DNA from: Alphaproteobacteria bacterium
Lineage (GTDB): Bacteria > Pseudomonadota > Alphaproteobacteria > GCA-2731375
Length of the DNA stretch: 64,000 nt
Direction: 5' to 3'
Assembly (NCBI GenBank): GCA_965216645.1
Contig: CBDCGJ010000026.1
Coordinates: 91,540 to 155,539, forward strand
Shown: positions 18,790 to 26,997 of the stretch, one piece after another
Position numbering within the stretch: the stretch's first letter is position 1
Layout of the letters: each line of letters starts with the position of its first letter
Notes under the pieces: model-generated
What the model saw: the letters and a program-made list of their open reading frames with translations, nothing else
What the model was told of the DNA's origin: nothing
The model's database searches: none
Position numbers and translations under genes: made by a program

Positions 18790-21255
18790 TCAAGCGGTGA
18801 TATCGGCATCGCCGATAACCGCTTTCACTTTACTTGCAAGTTGATTGAGAGAAAACGGTTTCGGTAACAGGTCGAAATCGGCGTAGGGATCCAAGTTTTT
18901 CCGGAACGCATCTTCCGCATAACCAGAGATAAAAACGACTTTCACGTCCGGATGGGTTTTTCGGATATGACGGACCAAGGTCGGGCCGTCCATTTGCGGC
19001 ATGACCACATCGGTGACGATAAGGTCGACCCCATCAGGTAGATTTGCCAATTCGGCAAGCGCTGCTTCACCGCTTTCCGCTTCTATCACGGTATAGCCCT
19101 TGCTCCGCAATGCGCGCGCGGCAAATACGCGGACCGCCGTTTCGTCTTCGACCAAAAGGACCTTCCCTATGCCGGTCAAATCTTGGGACGATGGTAATGG
19201 GTGTTCGGCTACATCCTCGCGAACCGCTCGGGCCGTTTCGGTCTCTTCGTGGCGCGGCAGGTAAATCCGGAATGTTGTGCCGACACCTACGGTACTCTCG
19301 GGGAATATATAACCGCCGGTTTGCTTGATAATTCCGAACACCGTCGACAAACCCAGCCCGGTGCCGGAATTGCTGAGGCCGCTCGCGCTATGCATTTTTG
19401 TGGTGAAGAACGGTTCGAATATGCGCCCGAGATCCGCGGGCGCAATGCCTTTCCCTGTGTCTGCGACTTCGATCATGACATAGTTGCCGATCGGCATCAG
19501 CCTGTTTTTGACCTTGGCGGAATCCGCTCGACTAATGTTGCTTGTCCGAATAGCGAGTTCGCCGCCATTTTCCATGGCGTCACGAGCATTTACCGCCAGG
19601 TTGATGATCACCTGCTCCAATTGCCCTTGGTCGACCAGTACCGGCCAAAGTTCGCGACCATGGGACATATCGAAGGCGATATTCTCGCCGATCAAGCGGC
19701 GGACCAGATGCGTTAACTCCGCCAAAACATCCGTCAGAGAGAGAACCTTCGGGTGCAAGGTCTGTTGTCTGGAGAACGCCAACAACTGACGTACCAGATT
19801 GGCCGCCCTATTCGCATTTTGCTTGATTTGCATCACGTCCGGAAAAAACTCGTCACCGGGTCTCGCGCGCAATAGCAGCAGATCGCAATGGCCAATCATT
19901 GCCGTCAGTAGATTGTTGAAGTCGTGCGCCACACCGCCGGCCAGCTGACCAATGGCTTGCATTTTCTGGGACTGCGCGAATTGCTGTTCAAGATTGCGTT
20001 GTTCTGTCGTATCCACCAGCTGTAAAAGCAGACCGGAAGCTTCGCCATCGGCATCGACAAGCCGATTGGCAAACAATTGGACAAAGCGGTCACCGGACTC
20101 GATCGAAATTGTCGCTTCGATCGCGTCTTCGGTTTGCTGTCCAACTAATGTCGCTTCCAGTTTCTGACGTATTTGCGCCTGCTCATCGCTGCGGAACATA
20201 TTGTAGATCGATTGGATCGCCGGATTGTCGTCACTAGCGAAATACTGATGGAAGACCGGGTTGGCTTCCACGATCTCGCCATCCTTGCCCAGAATCAGAA
20301 CGGCAACCGGCGCGTAATTGAACAGCTGGTCGAAACGCTCCTGCGCCGCCCGCAATTGGTGTTGCAGCTCCTTGTCCAGATCAGCCGGAACCAACACCAA
20401 CAAATATCGATCCCCCAGCATCTCAGGGGACACGGTCGCCGACGTATAAACGCGGCAAGGCTGCAGCCGATCGCCCGCGACAGGCAAATCAAACTCACCG
20501 CCTCCCTGCAAAAACTCCCGGGGTAGCACTAGGTCCCCGGCGAGCTCTTCACTAGTTCTGGCGGTCAGAGCGCAAAGCTCCCGGTTGGCTGAAATCAACC
20601 GACCGTCAGCGTCGGTAACCAGCATCGGCAGCGGCACCAAATCCACAGCGGCTTGCCAACTTAGATTCTCAGCTTCAGTCGCGGATTCAAAAACCTGCGC
20701 ATCATGTTGATTTAACAGGCAAACAAACTGATTACCGTCGTCATAATCCGGACGAAGTTCCGCGTCATACCAGGTCTGCGCTTGCCCTCCAGCTGCGGTA
20801 ATGAGCAGCTCGACTTTTTCCGGCACACCATCTTCGATCGCCGACCGCAGACGATCTACGCTGGCCCGCGAGTTCTCATCGCTTGCCAACTCGGAAATAA
20901 CATCTAAGGCGGAACTTCGGCCATGCCATTCGGCGAACATGTCGACAAGGCCTTGGCTCGCGTGGATTAAGCGCCCGGTTCGATCACATACGAACCATCG
21001 CGACGTCTCCGCCAATCCAAGTTTCTTTGCCCAATCAACACGCCGCACCCGACGCCATTCCGCCAACGCAAACCCAATACCCGCACCCGAAATCGCGGCG
21101 ACGATTGGGACGAAGCGGGTCTGAAATACATCCGTCGCAAAACAAACAACTAAAAGCCCAACGCATACGGCCAACATACCGAAACATGCCAAACCATGAC
21201 TGGGCCGGAGAAACGGCAGATCTGGGCTTGTTGCATCCGATTGATTAGTGGTCAT
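18790..21255 (-). CDS. Hybrid sensor histidine kinase/response regulator with 2 TM helices and PAS domains (CckA-like)
   Basis: 821 aa. Shows the H-box GGVAHDFNNLLTAMIGHCDLL, N/G boxes (INLAVNARDAM, DTGKGI, GTGLGLS) and a C-terminal REC domain (LLVEDE..DLIVTDVVMPQMDG). Only 30 nt separate it from flhB. Confidence 0.88.
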   Translation of the reverse strand: MTTNQSDATSPDLPFLRPSHGLACFGMLAVCVGLLVVCFATDVFQTRFVPIVAAISGAGIGFALAEWRRVRRVDWAKKLGLAETSRWFVCDRTGRLIHASQGLVDMFAEWHGRSSALDVISELASDENSRASVDRLRSAIEDGVPEKVELLITAAGGQAQTWYDAELRPDYDDGNQFVCLLNQHDAQVFESATEAENLSWQAAVDLVPLPMLVTDADGRLISANRELCALTARTSEELAGDLVLPREFLQGGGEFDLPVAGDRLQPCRVYTSATVSPEMLGDRYLLVLVPADLDKELQHQLRAAQERFDQLFNYAPVAVLILGKDGEIVEANPVFHQYFASDDNPAIQSIYNMFRSDEQAQIRQKLEATLVGQQTEDAIEATISIESGDRFVQLFANRLVDADGEASGLLLQLVDTTEQRNLEQQFAQSQKMQAIGQLAGGVAHDFNNLLTAMIGHCDLLLLRARPGDEFFPDVMQIKQNANRAANLVRQLLAFSRQQTLHPKVLSLTDVLAELTHLVRRLIGENIAFDMSHGRELWPVLVDQGQLEQVIINLAVNARDAMENGGELAIRTSNISRADSAKVKNRLMPIGNYVMIEVADTGKGIAPADLGRIFEPFFTTKMHSASGLSNSGTGLGLSTVFGIIKQTGGYIFPESTVGVGTTFRIYLPRHEETETARAVREDVAEHPLPSSQDLTGIGKVLLVEDETAVRVFAARALRSKGYTVIEAESGEAALAELANLPDGVDLIVTDVVMPQMDGPTLVRHIRKTHPDVKVVFISGYAEDAFRKNLDPYADFDLLPKPFSLNQLASKVKAVIGDADITA

Positions 21256-21285
21256 TGCTCAGTCATATGCTTGGAATTGCCCCGT

Positions 21286-22404
21286 CTAATCGCCTGGCGC
21301 AACATATTCCACTTTCGGCATCGGTCCCGGCGGACCCGGTAGCCGTCCTTTCAGACGCAAGACATATCCGATGATTTCAGCCGCTGCTTTGTAAAATTGG
21401 GAAGGAATTTCCTGATCTATCTCCACGTCATTGTAGATAGCGCGGGCCAACGGCGGATTTTCGATCACCGGCACATCATTTTCTTCGGCAATTTCTCTGA
21501 TCCGGAGCGCCAGATGATCCAACCCTTTCGCGACCAACCTTGGCGCCGCCATAGCGGATTCGTCATATTGGAGGGCAACGGCGTAATGGGTTGGGTTTGC
21601 GATCACGACATCCGCGTTCGGCACCGCGGTAGTCACCCTTGCCGCTGCGCGTTCCATCCGAACCCGTCGAATACGGGCCTTGATCTGCGGATCGCCTTCC
21701 TGCTGCTTTCGCTCTTCCTTCACCTCTTGTTGGGTCATTTTATGATCTTCCGTCCATTTGTACTTCTGGAACATCATGTCCGCGACCGCAATAAAAGCCA
21801 TGACCACAATAACCGTGGCGATCATAATCATCGCCAGTCTTTCGATCAGACGAACGATATCAATCGGATCCATTGTCGGAACGATTTTCAATTCCTGCAT
21901 GTCAGGCAAGATCATCAGCCCCGCAACGGCGCCAACTACCGCCAATTTGAAAATCGCCTTGCCAAGCTCGACCCAACCACGGGAACCAAAGATTCGCTTG
22001 GCCCCTTTGATCAGGCTGAATTTGTCTAGACTGGGTTTCAGTTTTTCCGGCGACCATGTCGGTTTGGCCACAACGCTGTTCCCAATGAGTGCTGCCGCCA
22101 CAAGCACCAATATTGGCAGAAAAAGCACGATGGCCACGTTACCACCAATTTCGGCCAAGAAACCGGCAAACGTCATGTTATCGAGCCGAATGTCATGCGG
22201 ATGCTCGAGAAATTTCAAAATCAGTTGCCGCAAACCAGCGGCCACATCTCCGGCGAACACAAAAATGGCCAAACCGCCGCCCAACAACATGAACCAGTGC
22301 TTTATTTCCTGACTTTGGGGAATGTCACCCTTACGACGAGCTTCCTCGATCCGTTTCGGGGAGGGTGGATGAATTTTCTGCGATTTATCGGGTGCGTCGG
22401 ACAT
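21286..22404 (-). CDS. flhB: Flagellar export apparatus protein FlhB
   Basis: 372 aa. Shows KSQKIHPPSPKRIEEARRKGDIPQSQE and the NPTH autocleavage motif (VIANPTHYAVAL). Confidence 0.95.
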   Translation of the reverse strand: MSDAPDKSQKIHPPSPKRIEEARRKGDIPQSQEIKHWFMLLGGGLAIFVFAGDVAAGLRQLILKFLEHPHDIRLDNMTFAGFLAEIGGNVAIVLFLPILVLVAAALIGNSVVAKPTWSPEKLKPSLDKFSLIKGAKRIFGSRGWVELGKAIFKLAVVGAVAGLMILPDMQELKIVPTMDPIDIVRLIERLAMIMIATVIVVMAFIAVADMMFQKYKWTEDHKMTQQEVKEERKQQEGDPQIKARIRRVRMERAAARVTTAVPNADVVIANPTHYAVALQYDESAMAAPRLVAKGLDHLALRIREIAEENDVPVIENPPLARAIYNDVEIDQEIPSQFYKAAAEIIGYVLRLKGRLPGPPGPMPKVEYVAPGD

Positions 22405-22425
22405 ATTGGGAGACGTTCAAACTCG

Positions 22426-23187
22426 CTAATTAGCCAGCAATGATACAATAGTACTCTCGAAATGCTGCATAAACCACATTACCGAAGCGGAAGTGACCAA
22501 CATCAGCATAACGAAGCCGAGCGACATCTGTAACGGTAGGGCAATGAAAAACAGTTGAATTTGCGGCATCAACCGTTGCAGCAGCCCAAGACCAAGATAG
22601 AACATGATACCGTAAATGATAAACGGCGCGGCCATCTGCAAACCCACGGCGAATGACTTGCCCACGATGGAAATGACTACGGTGGCCAGATCGCCAGCGA
22701 TCGGCGACCGGCCCGCCGGGAATAACTGATAGCTGTCCAACAATGCCTGAAACAAAATCAGATGCATGCCGGTGATGAATATCATCGTCACGCCGATCAA
22801 ATTCAGGAATGAGGCGACCAGCGCACCTTGCTCGCCCTGATTTGGATCGACTGTCTGCGCATAAGCCAACGACGTCTGAAATGCGATGATCGTACCGGCA
22901 ATATGGAGAGCGCTTATCGCCAGCCTCGCCATGCCGCCGATAAAGAGACCGATAACGGCTTCGCCAAATACCAAGAACGCAAGCATGGCCGCTTCTGTCG
23001 GCAACGCAGGGAGTTGATCCGCAATCAACGGATAAACCAAGAGCGATACCGCGATCGCCAACCCTAGTCGGACCCACTGGGGAACATATTGCTCGCCGAT
23101 TCCAGGCATCAGCAGCAGGACCATCCCGAGACGGGTGAATATCAGCATGAAGCCGAAAATCAAATCCGGTGCGATCGCGCCCAACAT
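22426..23187 (-). CDS. fliR: Flagellar export apparatus protein FliR
   Basis: 253-aa polytopic protein with an FTRLGMVLLLMPGIGE N-terminus, positioned between fliQ and flhB. Confidence 0.9.
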   Translation of the reverse strand: MLGAIAPDLIFGFMLIFTRLGMVLLLMPGIGEQYVPQWVRLGLAIAVSLLVYPLIADQLPALPTEAAMLAFLVFGEAVIGLFIGGMARLAISALHIAGTIIAFQTSLAYAQTVDPNQGEQGALVASFLNLIGVTMIFITGMHLILFQALLDSYQLFPAGRSPIAGDLATVVISIVGKSFAVGLQMAAPFIIYGIMFYLGLGLLQRLMPQIQLFFIALPLQMSLGFVMLMLVTSASVMWFMQHFESTIVSLLAN

Positions 23188-23205
23188 CCCAATCAGACCA
23201 ATATG

Positions 23206-23472
23206 CTATTGCAATGAGGCAATGCGGTCGGCGGTGCGTTCCATAAAACCACCCAAAGTCCTGTTCATATGCGGCAGGAAGATAATAATCGAAAGAAATA
23301 TCGCGAGAATCTTGGGGACGAACGTCAACGTCATTTCTTGAATCTGCGTCAGCGCCTGAAGCAAGGCGATCAACAATCCGACGCCTAATCCCACCGCCAT
23401 AATTGGCGACGCGGTCAGTAATAATGTGAAGATAGCATCTCGAGCCACGTCGAGGGCGAGACCGGGGTCCAT
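23206..23472 (-). CDS. fliQ: Flagellar export apparatus protein FliQ
   Basis: 88 aa. Shows LLIALLQALTQIQEMTLTFVPKI. Confidence 0.93.
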   Translation of the reverse strand: MDPGLALDVARDAIFTLLLTASPIMAVGLGVGLLIALLQALTQIQEMTLTFVPKILAIFLSIIIFLPHMNRTLGGFMERTADRIASLQ

Positions 23473-23474
23473 CT

Positions 23475-23804
23475 TTAAATCGGCATGCGCATGATTTGCT
23501 GGTAGGCTTCAACCACTTTGTCGCGGACGGCAACAACCGTCTCAAGAGTGATCTCCGCGTTCGTTAGCGCCGTCACTACGTCGATAATCTCCGCCTCTTG
23601 CGCAGCGGCCTGGATCGCGGTGCCTTCCGCAGCCTTGGTATTGTCGACCACGGTATCAGCGACATCGCGCAACATCGACGCGAAATCGGGCTGCCCATTT
23701 CCGGCATTGTTGATCGCGGCGCCTTCGCTAGGCTTAATGCTGCCACCACGCTTTAAAGCATCAGCATATGCCATTGAAGCATTTATTGCTTTCGCATCTA
23801 CCAT
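23475..23804 (-). CDS. fliE: Flagellar hook-basal body complex protein FliE
   Basis: 109 aa with a C-terminal ...LETVVAVRDKVVEAYQQIMRMPI motif. Confidence 0.88.
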   Translation of the reverse strand: MVDAKAINASMAYADALKRGGSIKPSEGAAINNAGNGQPDFASMLRDVADTVVDNTKAAEGTAIQAAAQEAEIIDVVTALTNAEITLETVVAVRDKVVEAYQQIMRMPI

Positions 23805-23840
23805 TGCGTTTATCCCACCTCGTTTAAGTCGAACGGTCTA

Positions 23841-24254
23841 TTATTGGCTACGCAACAGATCCACTGTTCTGCGTACCATCGACTTCACAGCCTCGATGAC
23901 ATTGACATTGGCCTCGTAGCTGCGCTGAGCTTCGCGCATATCCATCATTTCGACCAGTGTTTTCACGTTCGGCATTTTCACATAGCCGTCATCGTCCGCT
24001 GCCGGATGGGCCGGATCGAACCGCATATTGAAGGCGCTCTGATCGGTGCGGACTTTATCGACATTTACCGTGGTTACGCCGCTGGCACGATCCAGCTCGC
24101 TTTTGAAAGTGACGATCTGCCGGCGATAGGGGTCGCCGCCCGGAACCTGTGACGTTGAATTCGCATTGGCCAGATTTTCCGCGATCACCCGCATGCGCGT
24201 GCCTTGCGCCCGCATACCGGAGGCCGAAATCATAACTGTTTTTCCGAGATCCAT
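23841..24254 (-). CDS. flgC: Flagellar basal-body rod protein FlgC
   Basis: 137 aa. Shows SASGMRAQGTRMRVIAENLANANST...MPNV....EMMDMREAQRSYEAN. Confidence 0.95.
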   Translation of the reverse strand: MDLGKTVMISASGMRAQGTRMRVIAENLANANSTSQVPGGDPYRRQIVTFKSELDRASGVTTVNVDKVRTDQSAFNMRFDPAHPAADDDGYVKMPNVKTLVEMMDMREAQRSYEANVNVIEAVKSMVRRTVDLLRSQ

Positions 24255-24256
24255 TA

Positions 24257-24688
24257 TTATCCCCTGCTGATCGCGAGACGCATGAGCTTTACGCCTTTGG
24301 CATAGACATTCGTCATCATCGTATAATCGCCGTTGGTCTTCGTGACCTTCATCATTTCTTCTTCCAAGACCACGGAGTTTTCGTTCGGCGAGGCTTCGGT
24401 CTCGCTGGGATCGGACCGAACGCCGCTGAGAATGGGCGTCGCGCCCGACGGATTGACGATATGTGCACTATGAGTGACCCGCAATTGACCCGGCATCGCA
24501 CCGGCCACCGCCGACGGCTCACGGGTTTGCCGGAGCAGTGCGCCAAAATTGGGTTGGGTCAGATCCTTCGCCTGGTAACCCGGCGTATCCGCATTGGCAA
24601 CATTTTCCGCCAGCACTTTTTGCCGATCCGCCAGCCAATGCATCCGGCTGGTCACTGCTTTGAAGAAGGACAAATTGTTGAGATCCAT
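24257..24688 (-). CDS. flgB: Flagellar basal-body rod protein FlgB
   Basis: 143 aa. Shows LADRQKVLAENVANADTPGYQAKD. Confidence 0.92.
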   Translation of the reverse strand: MDLNNLSFFKAVTSRMHWLADRQKVLAENVANADTPGYQAKDLTQPNFGALLRQTREPSAVAGAMPGQLRVTHSAHIVNPSGATPILSGVRSDPSETEASPNENSVVLEEEMMKVTKTNGDYTMMTNVYAKGVKLMRLAISRG

Positions 24689-24737
24689 GCTTCACTCCGC
24701 TACGGCTGCGCGCCGATCTTGCCGCCAGTGCTATATT

Positions 24738-24752
24738 TGGCACGAAAGTGGC
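24738..24752 (+). promoter_or_regulatory. Weak sigma54-type -24/-12 candidate facing the fliO-fliP operon
   Basis: TGGCAC-GAAAG-TGGC. GG and GC are correctly spaced, with one mismatch in the -12 TTGC. It lies 160 nt upstream of the TTG at 24914. Confidence 0.3.
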
Positions 24753-24767
24753 TAAAATTGCGTTAAA
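24752..24767. promoter_or_regulatory. CtrA-box-like element (7 of 8 of TTAA-N7-TTAA)
   Basis: CTAA-AATTGCG-TTAAAC lies in the flgB / fliOP divergent region. Reading toward flgB it would sit near -35, about 65-80 nt upstream of the ATG. Confidence 0.3.
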
Positions 24768-24858
24768 CTTCGCAAGCCGAATCGTCATTCATCTTGCGGG
24801 AAGAACCGCCTTTGAACAACGGATTTGTCTGCAAACGCTGGTTCTACCGGGTTTTGTC

Positions 24859-24873
24859 GCAAGATTTATGCCA
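24859..24873 (-). promoter_or_regulatory. sigma54-type -24/-12 candidate facing flgB
   Basis: The minus strand reads TGGCAT-AAATC-TTGC. It lies about 170 nt upstream of the flgB ATG. Confidence 0.35.
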
Positions 24874-24913
24874 CACACTGTTGGGTTTGGCTGGTTAGTC
24901 AGACGAGGCAAAA

Positions 24914-25210
24914 TTGTCGAATTTTGAATCTCTCCCGTCCCGCATGCTTCGATTGGAGCGCACAATAGACCAAGCGCGAACGAGCGTTGCAGCTGGCGGC
25001 AAAGTCGAACTTTCGCAAATGGCCGCCGAGGCAAATCTGTTGTGCCGTGAAATTCTTGCTTTGCCGGCACCGGAAGCCAAGACCCACGAAATCGGCTTAA
25101 AGAAATTATTACGTTCGCTCGATATGCTGCAGCAGTCTGTCGAACTTGAGCTGGAACAGGGAAAGAAACGGCTAGACGCCCTTGAGCCTTCGAATGGGGA
25201 TGGCGGGTAA
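24914..25210 (+). CDS. Small helical hypothetical protein, first gene of the fliO-fliP operon
   Basis: 98 aa. TTG start with a GAGG SD 5 nt upstream. Its stop overlaps the fliO ATG (TAATG). Predicted coiled-coil character (...LLRSLDMLQQSVELELEQGKKRLDALE). I recognise no family. Confidence 0.5.
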   Translation: MSNFESLPSRMLRLERTIDQARTSVAAGGKVELSQMAAEANLLCREILALPAPEAKTHEIGLKKLLRSLDMLQQSVELELEQGKKRLDALEPSNGDGG

Positions 25211-25533
25211 TGGACGTTGTCGAGTATTCCAAGTTCGTTTTCGCGCTGATCTTCGTTCTGGCATTGATTGGCGTTACGGCCTGGATTGCGCGGCGGTTCA
25301 ATTTGTTGCCGGGACCGAGCCGAAAGCTGCGACCGGGTCAACGCCTGCAGACCATCGAAATGCTGCCTTTGGATAGTAAGAGGAAGCTATTGTTGATACG
25401 ACGGGACGAACAAGAGCATCTCTTGCTGCTTGGCGCGGATCGCGAAACGGTCGTGGAGTCCTGGCCTGCTGCCGAGGTCACAGGAAACTCGGACAACATG
25501 GCTATTCAGCCAGCGGACGAGGCAAGAGCTTAA
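25210..25533 (+). CDS. fliO: Flagellar biosynthesis protein FliO
   Basis: 107 aa with a single TM helix (FVFALIFVLALIGVTAWIARRF) and ...LLLIRRDEQEHLLLLG. It sits immediately before fliP. Confidence 0.85.
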   Translation: MDVVEYSKFVFALIFVLALIGVTAWIARRFNLLPGPSRKLRPGQRLQTIEMLPLDSKRKLLLIRRDEQEHLLLLGADRETVVESWPAAEVTGNSDNMAIQPADEARA

Positions 25534-26264
25534 TGCGTGGAGCCATTCGTTTATTTGGCGTCACCGCCGTCTGTTGTTTTGTCGGAATTACCGCACACGC
25601 TCAACAGATCAATATCGACCTTGGCGAAGGCGGACAACTGACCGGCCGGATCATCCAATTATTCGCCTTGATCACTGTCTTGAGCTTGGCGCCCTCCATC
25701 CTGGTCATGGTGACGTCATTCACCCGGATCGTCGTCGTATTGTCTTTGGTGCGAAGCGCGATTGGAGTACAGCAGACACCACCTAATTCCGTCATCATTA
25801 GCCTGGCTCTATTTCTCACATTCTATGTGATGTCACCCACCCTCAACGCCGCTTACGAACAGGGCATCGAGCCACTATTGGCGGGTGAGATTACGGAGAT
25901 ACAGGCTTTTGAGCGGGCCTCGAAACCGGTTCATCAATTCATGATGACCCATGTGCGGGAACAGGAACTCGCGACCTTTCTCGACCTCGCCAAGGAAGCA
26001 CCGCCCGAAAGTCCGGAGGCAACACCATTAAAAGTCTTGATCCCCGCCTTCGTGGTTAGCGAGTTACGACGCGCCTTCGAAATCGGCTTCCTTATGTTCG
26101 TTCCGTTTTTGATCATCGACCTTGTGGTCGCCAGCGTACTGATGTCCATGGGTATGATGATGCTGCCGCCCATCATGATCTCGTTGCCGTTCAAGATCAT
26201 ATTTTTTGTCCTCGTCGATGGCTGGTCCCTCGTCGCAAGCAGCCTGGTCCGAAGTTTCGGATAG
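25533..26264 (+). CDS. fliP: Flagellar export apparatus protein FliP
   Basis: 243 aa. Shows LSLAPSILVMVTSFTRIVVVLSLVRSAIG.QQTPPN and FLMFVPFLIIDLVVASVLMSMGMMMLPP. Confidence 0.96.
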   Translation: MRGAIRLFGVTAVCCFVGITAHAQQINIDLGEGGQLTGRIIQLFALITVLSLAPSILVMVTSFTRIVVVLSLVRSAIGVQQTPPNSVIISLALFLTFYVMSPTLNAAYEQGIEPLLAGEITEIQAFERASKPVHQFMMTHVREQELATFLDLAKEAPPESPEATPLKVLIPAFVVSELRRAFEIGFLMFVPFLIIDLVVASVLMSMGMMMLPPIMISLPFKIIFFVLVDGWSLVASSLVRSFG

Positions 26265-26304
26265 CGATCGATCGAGAATCCGAACTTTACAGCAGGTTCC
26301 CCGC

Positions 26305-26997
26305 TTAGTTCAGTTGGCTAAGGCCATCCGACTTAAGCTTCTGCCGGTACTGGTCCATAAATGTCTCGAACTTGTCGACATCGGCTATTGTCGGCGCGAG
26401 ATCTCGAAAGTCGGTTTTGGACGGATCGACGGATTCGACAATGACCTTGAACATATCTTTATATTCGCTTGCCGACATCTGCTCACCAAATCGCTGCTGC
26501 AGAGATTTCAACCCTTCTTGATCCTCGGACAGGAACTCGGCCACCGCGAGCTTGATCACTTGTTGCGCTTCGCCTCGATCCAACGGCCGGCTGTCGAGCC
26601 ATCGCTGGTCGAGAAGCTTCCCCAATTCGTCCGCGGCCTCCGCCCAGCGTTGCGCGCGCCAATGAACATCCGCACGCAACGCCCCCCCGGTCTTGGTATT
26701 GTCGTCTTTCAGGAGCAAGAGCGCGCCATCGACATCTTTTTTGTAGGCCAATGCCCGGGCTCTGAGATGCCGGCGTTCCCGCGCCAAATCAGCCGGCATC
26801 GGGTCGAATTTACTTTGATCCAACGCGGCGAGCGCACCATCCGGATCCGCATCCAACAGCCGGATCACGGCAAGTCGCGCGCCAACTTTGCTCTTTTCCA
26901 CCCCGTCCAGCCGGAACTGAATTTGGTGTTCCAGCAACTCGCCCGCTTTGCCGAGCAGTTCGACATTTGCCAATCGATCGGCGAGGCGCCGGATCAT
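26305..26997 (-). CDS. Helical-repeat (TPR-like) protein, last gene of the MotB-like/AMIN-TPR module
   Basis: 230 aa. Its ATG overlaps the stop of the 899-aa ORF (ATGA). Leu/Ala-rich helical repeats. Confidence 0.6.
   Translation of the reverse strand: MIRRLADRLANVELLGKAGELLEHQIQFRLDGVEKSKVGARLAVIRLLDADPDGALAALDQSKFDPMPADLARERRHLRARALAYKKDVDGALLLLKDDNTKTGGALRADVHWRAQRWAEAADELGKLLDQRWLDSRPLDRGEAQQVIKLAVAEFLSEDQEGLKSLQQRFGEQMSASEYKDMFKVIVESVDPSKTDFRDLAPTIADVDKFETFMDQYRQKLKSDGLSQLN

Noticed and set aside
22430-23545. 371-aa ORF covering fliR and fliQ in another frame of the same strand.
   Set aside because: Its composition is Arg/Gly/His-rich and low in complexity. It fully overlaps two genes with unmistakable FliR and FliQ sequence. 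This is a typical alternative-frame shadow ORF in GC-rich DNA.
24789-25341. Minus-strand ORFs of 148-170 aa spanning the flgB/fliOP intergenic region and the fliO start.
   Set aside because: They overlap the SD-preceded small ORF and fliO, have no family signal, and would run through the divergent promoter region.
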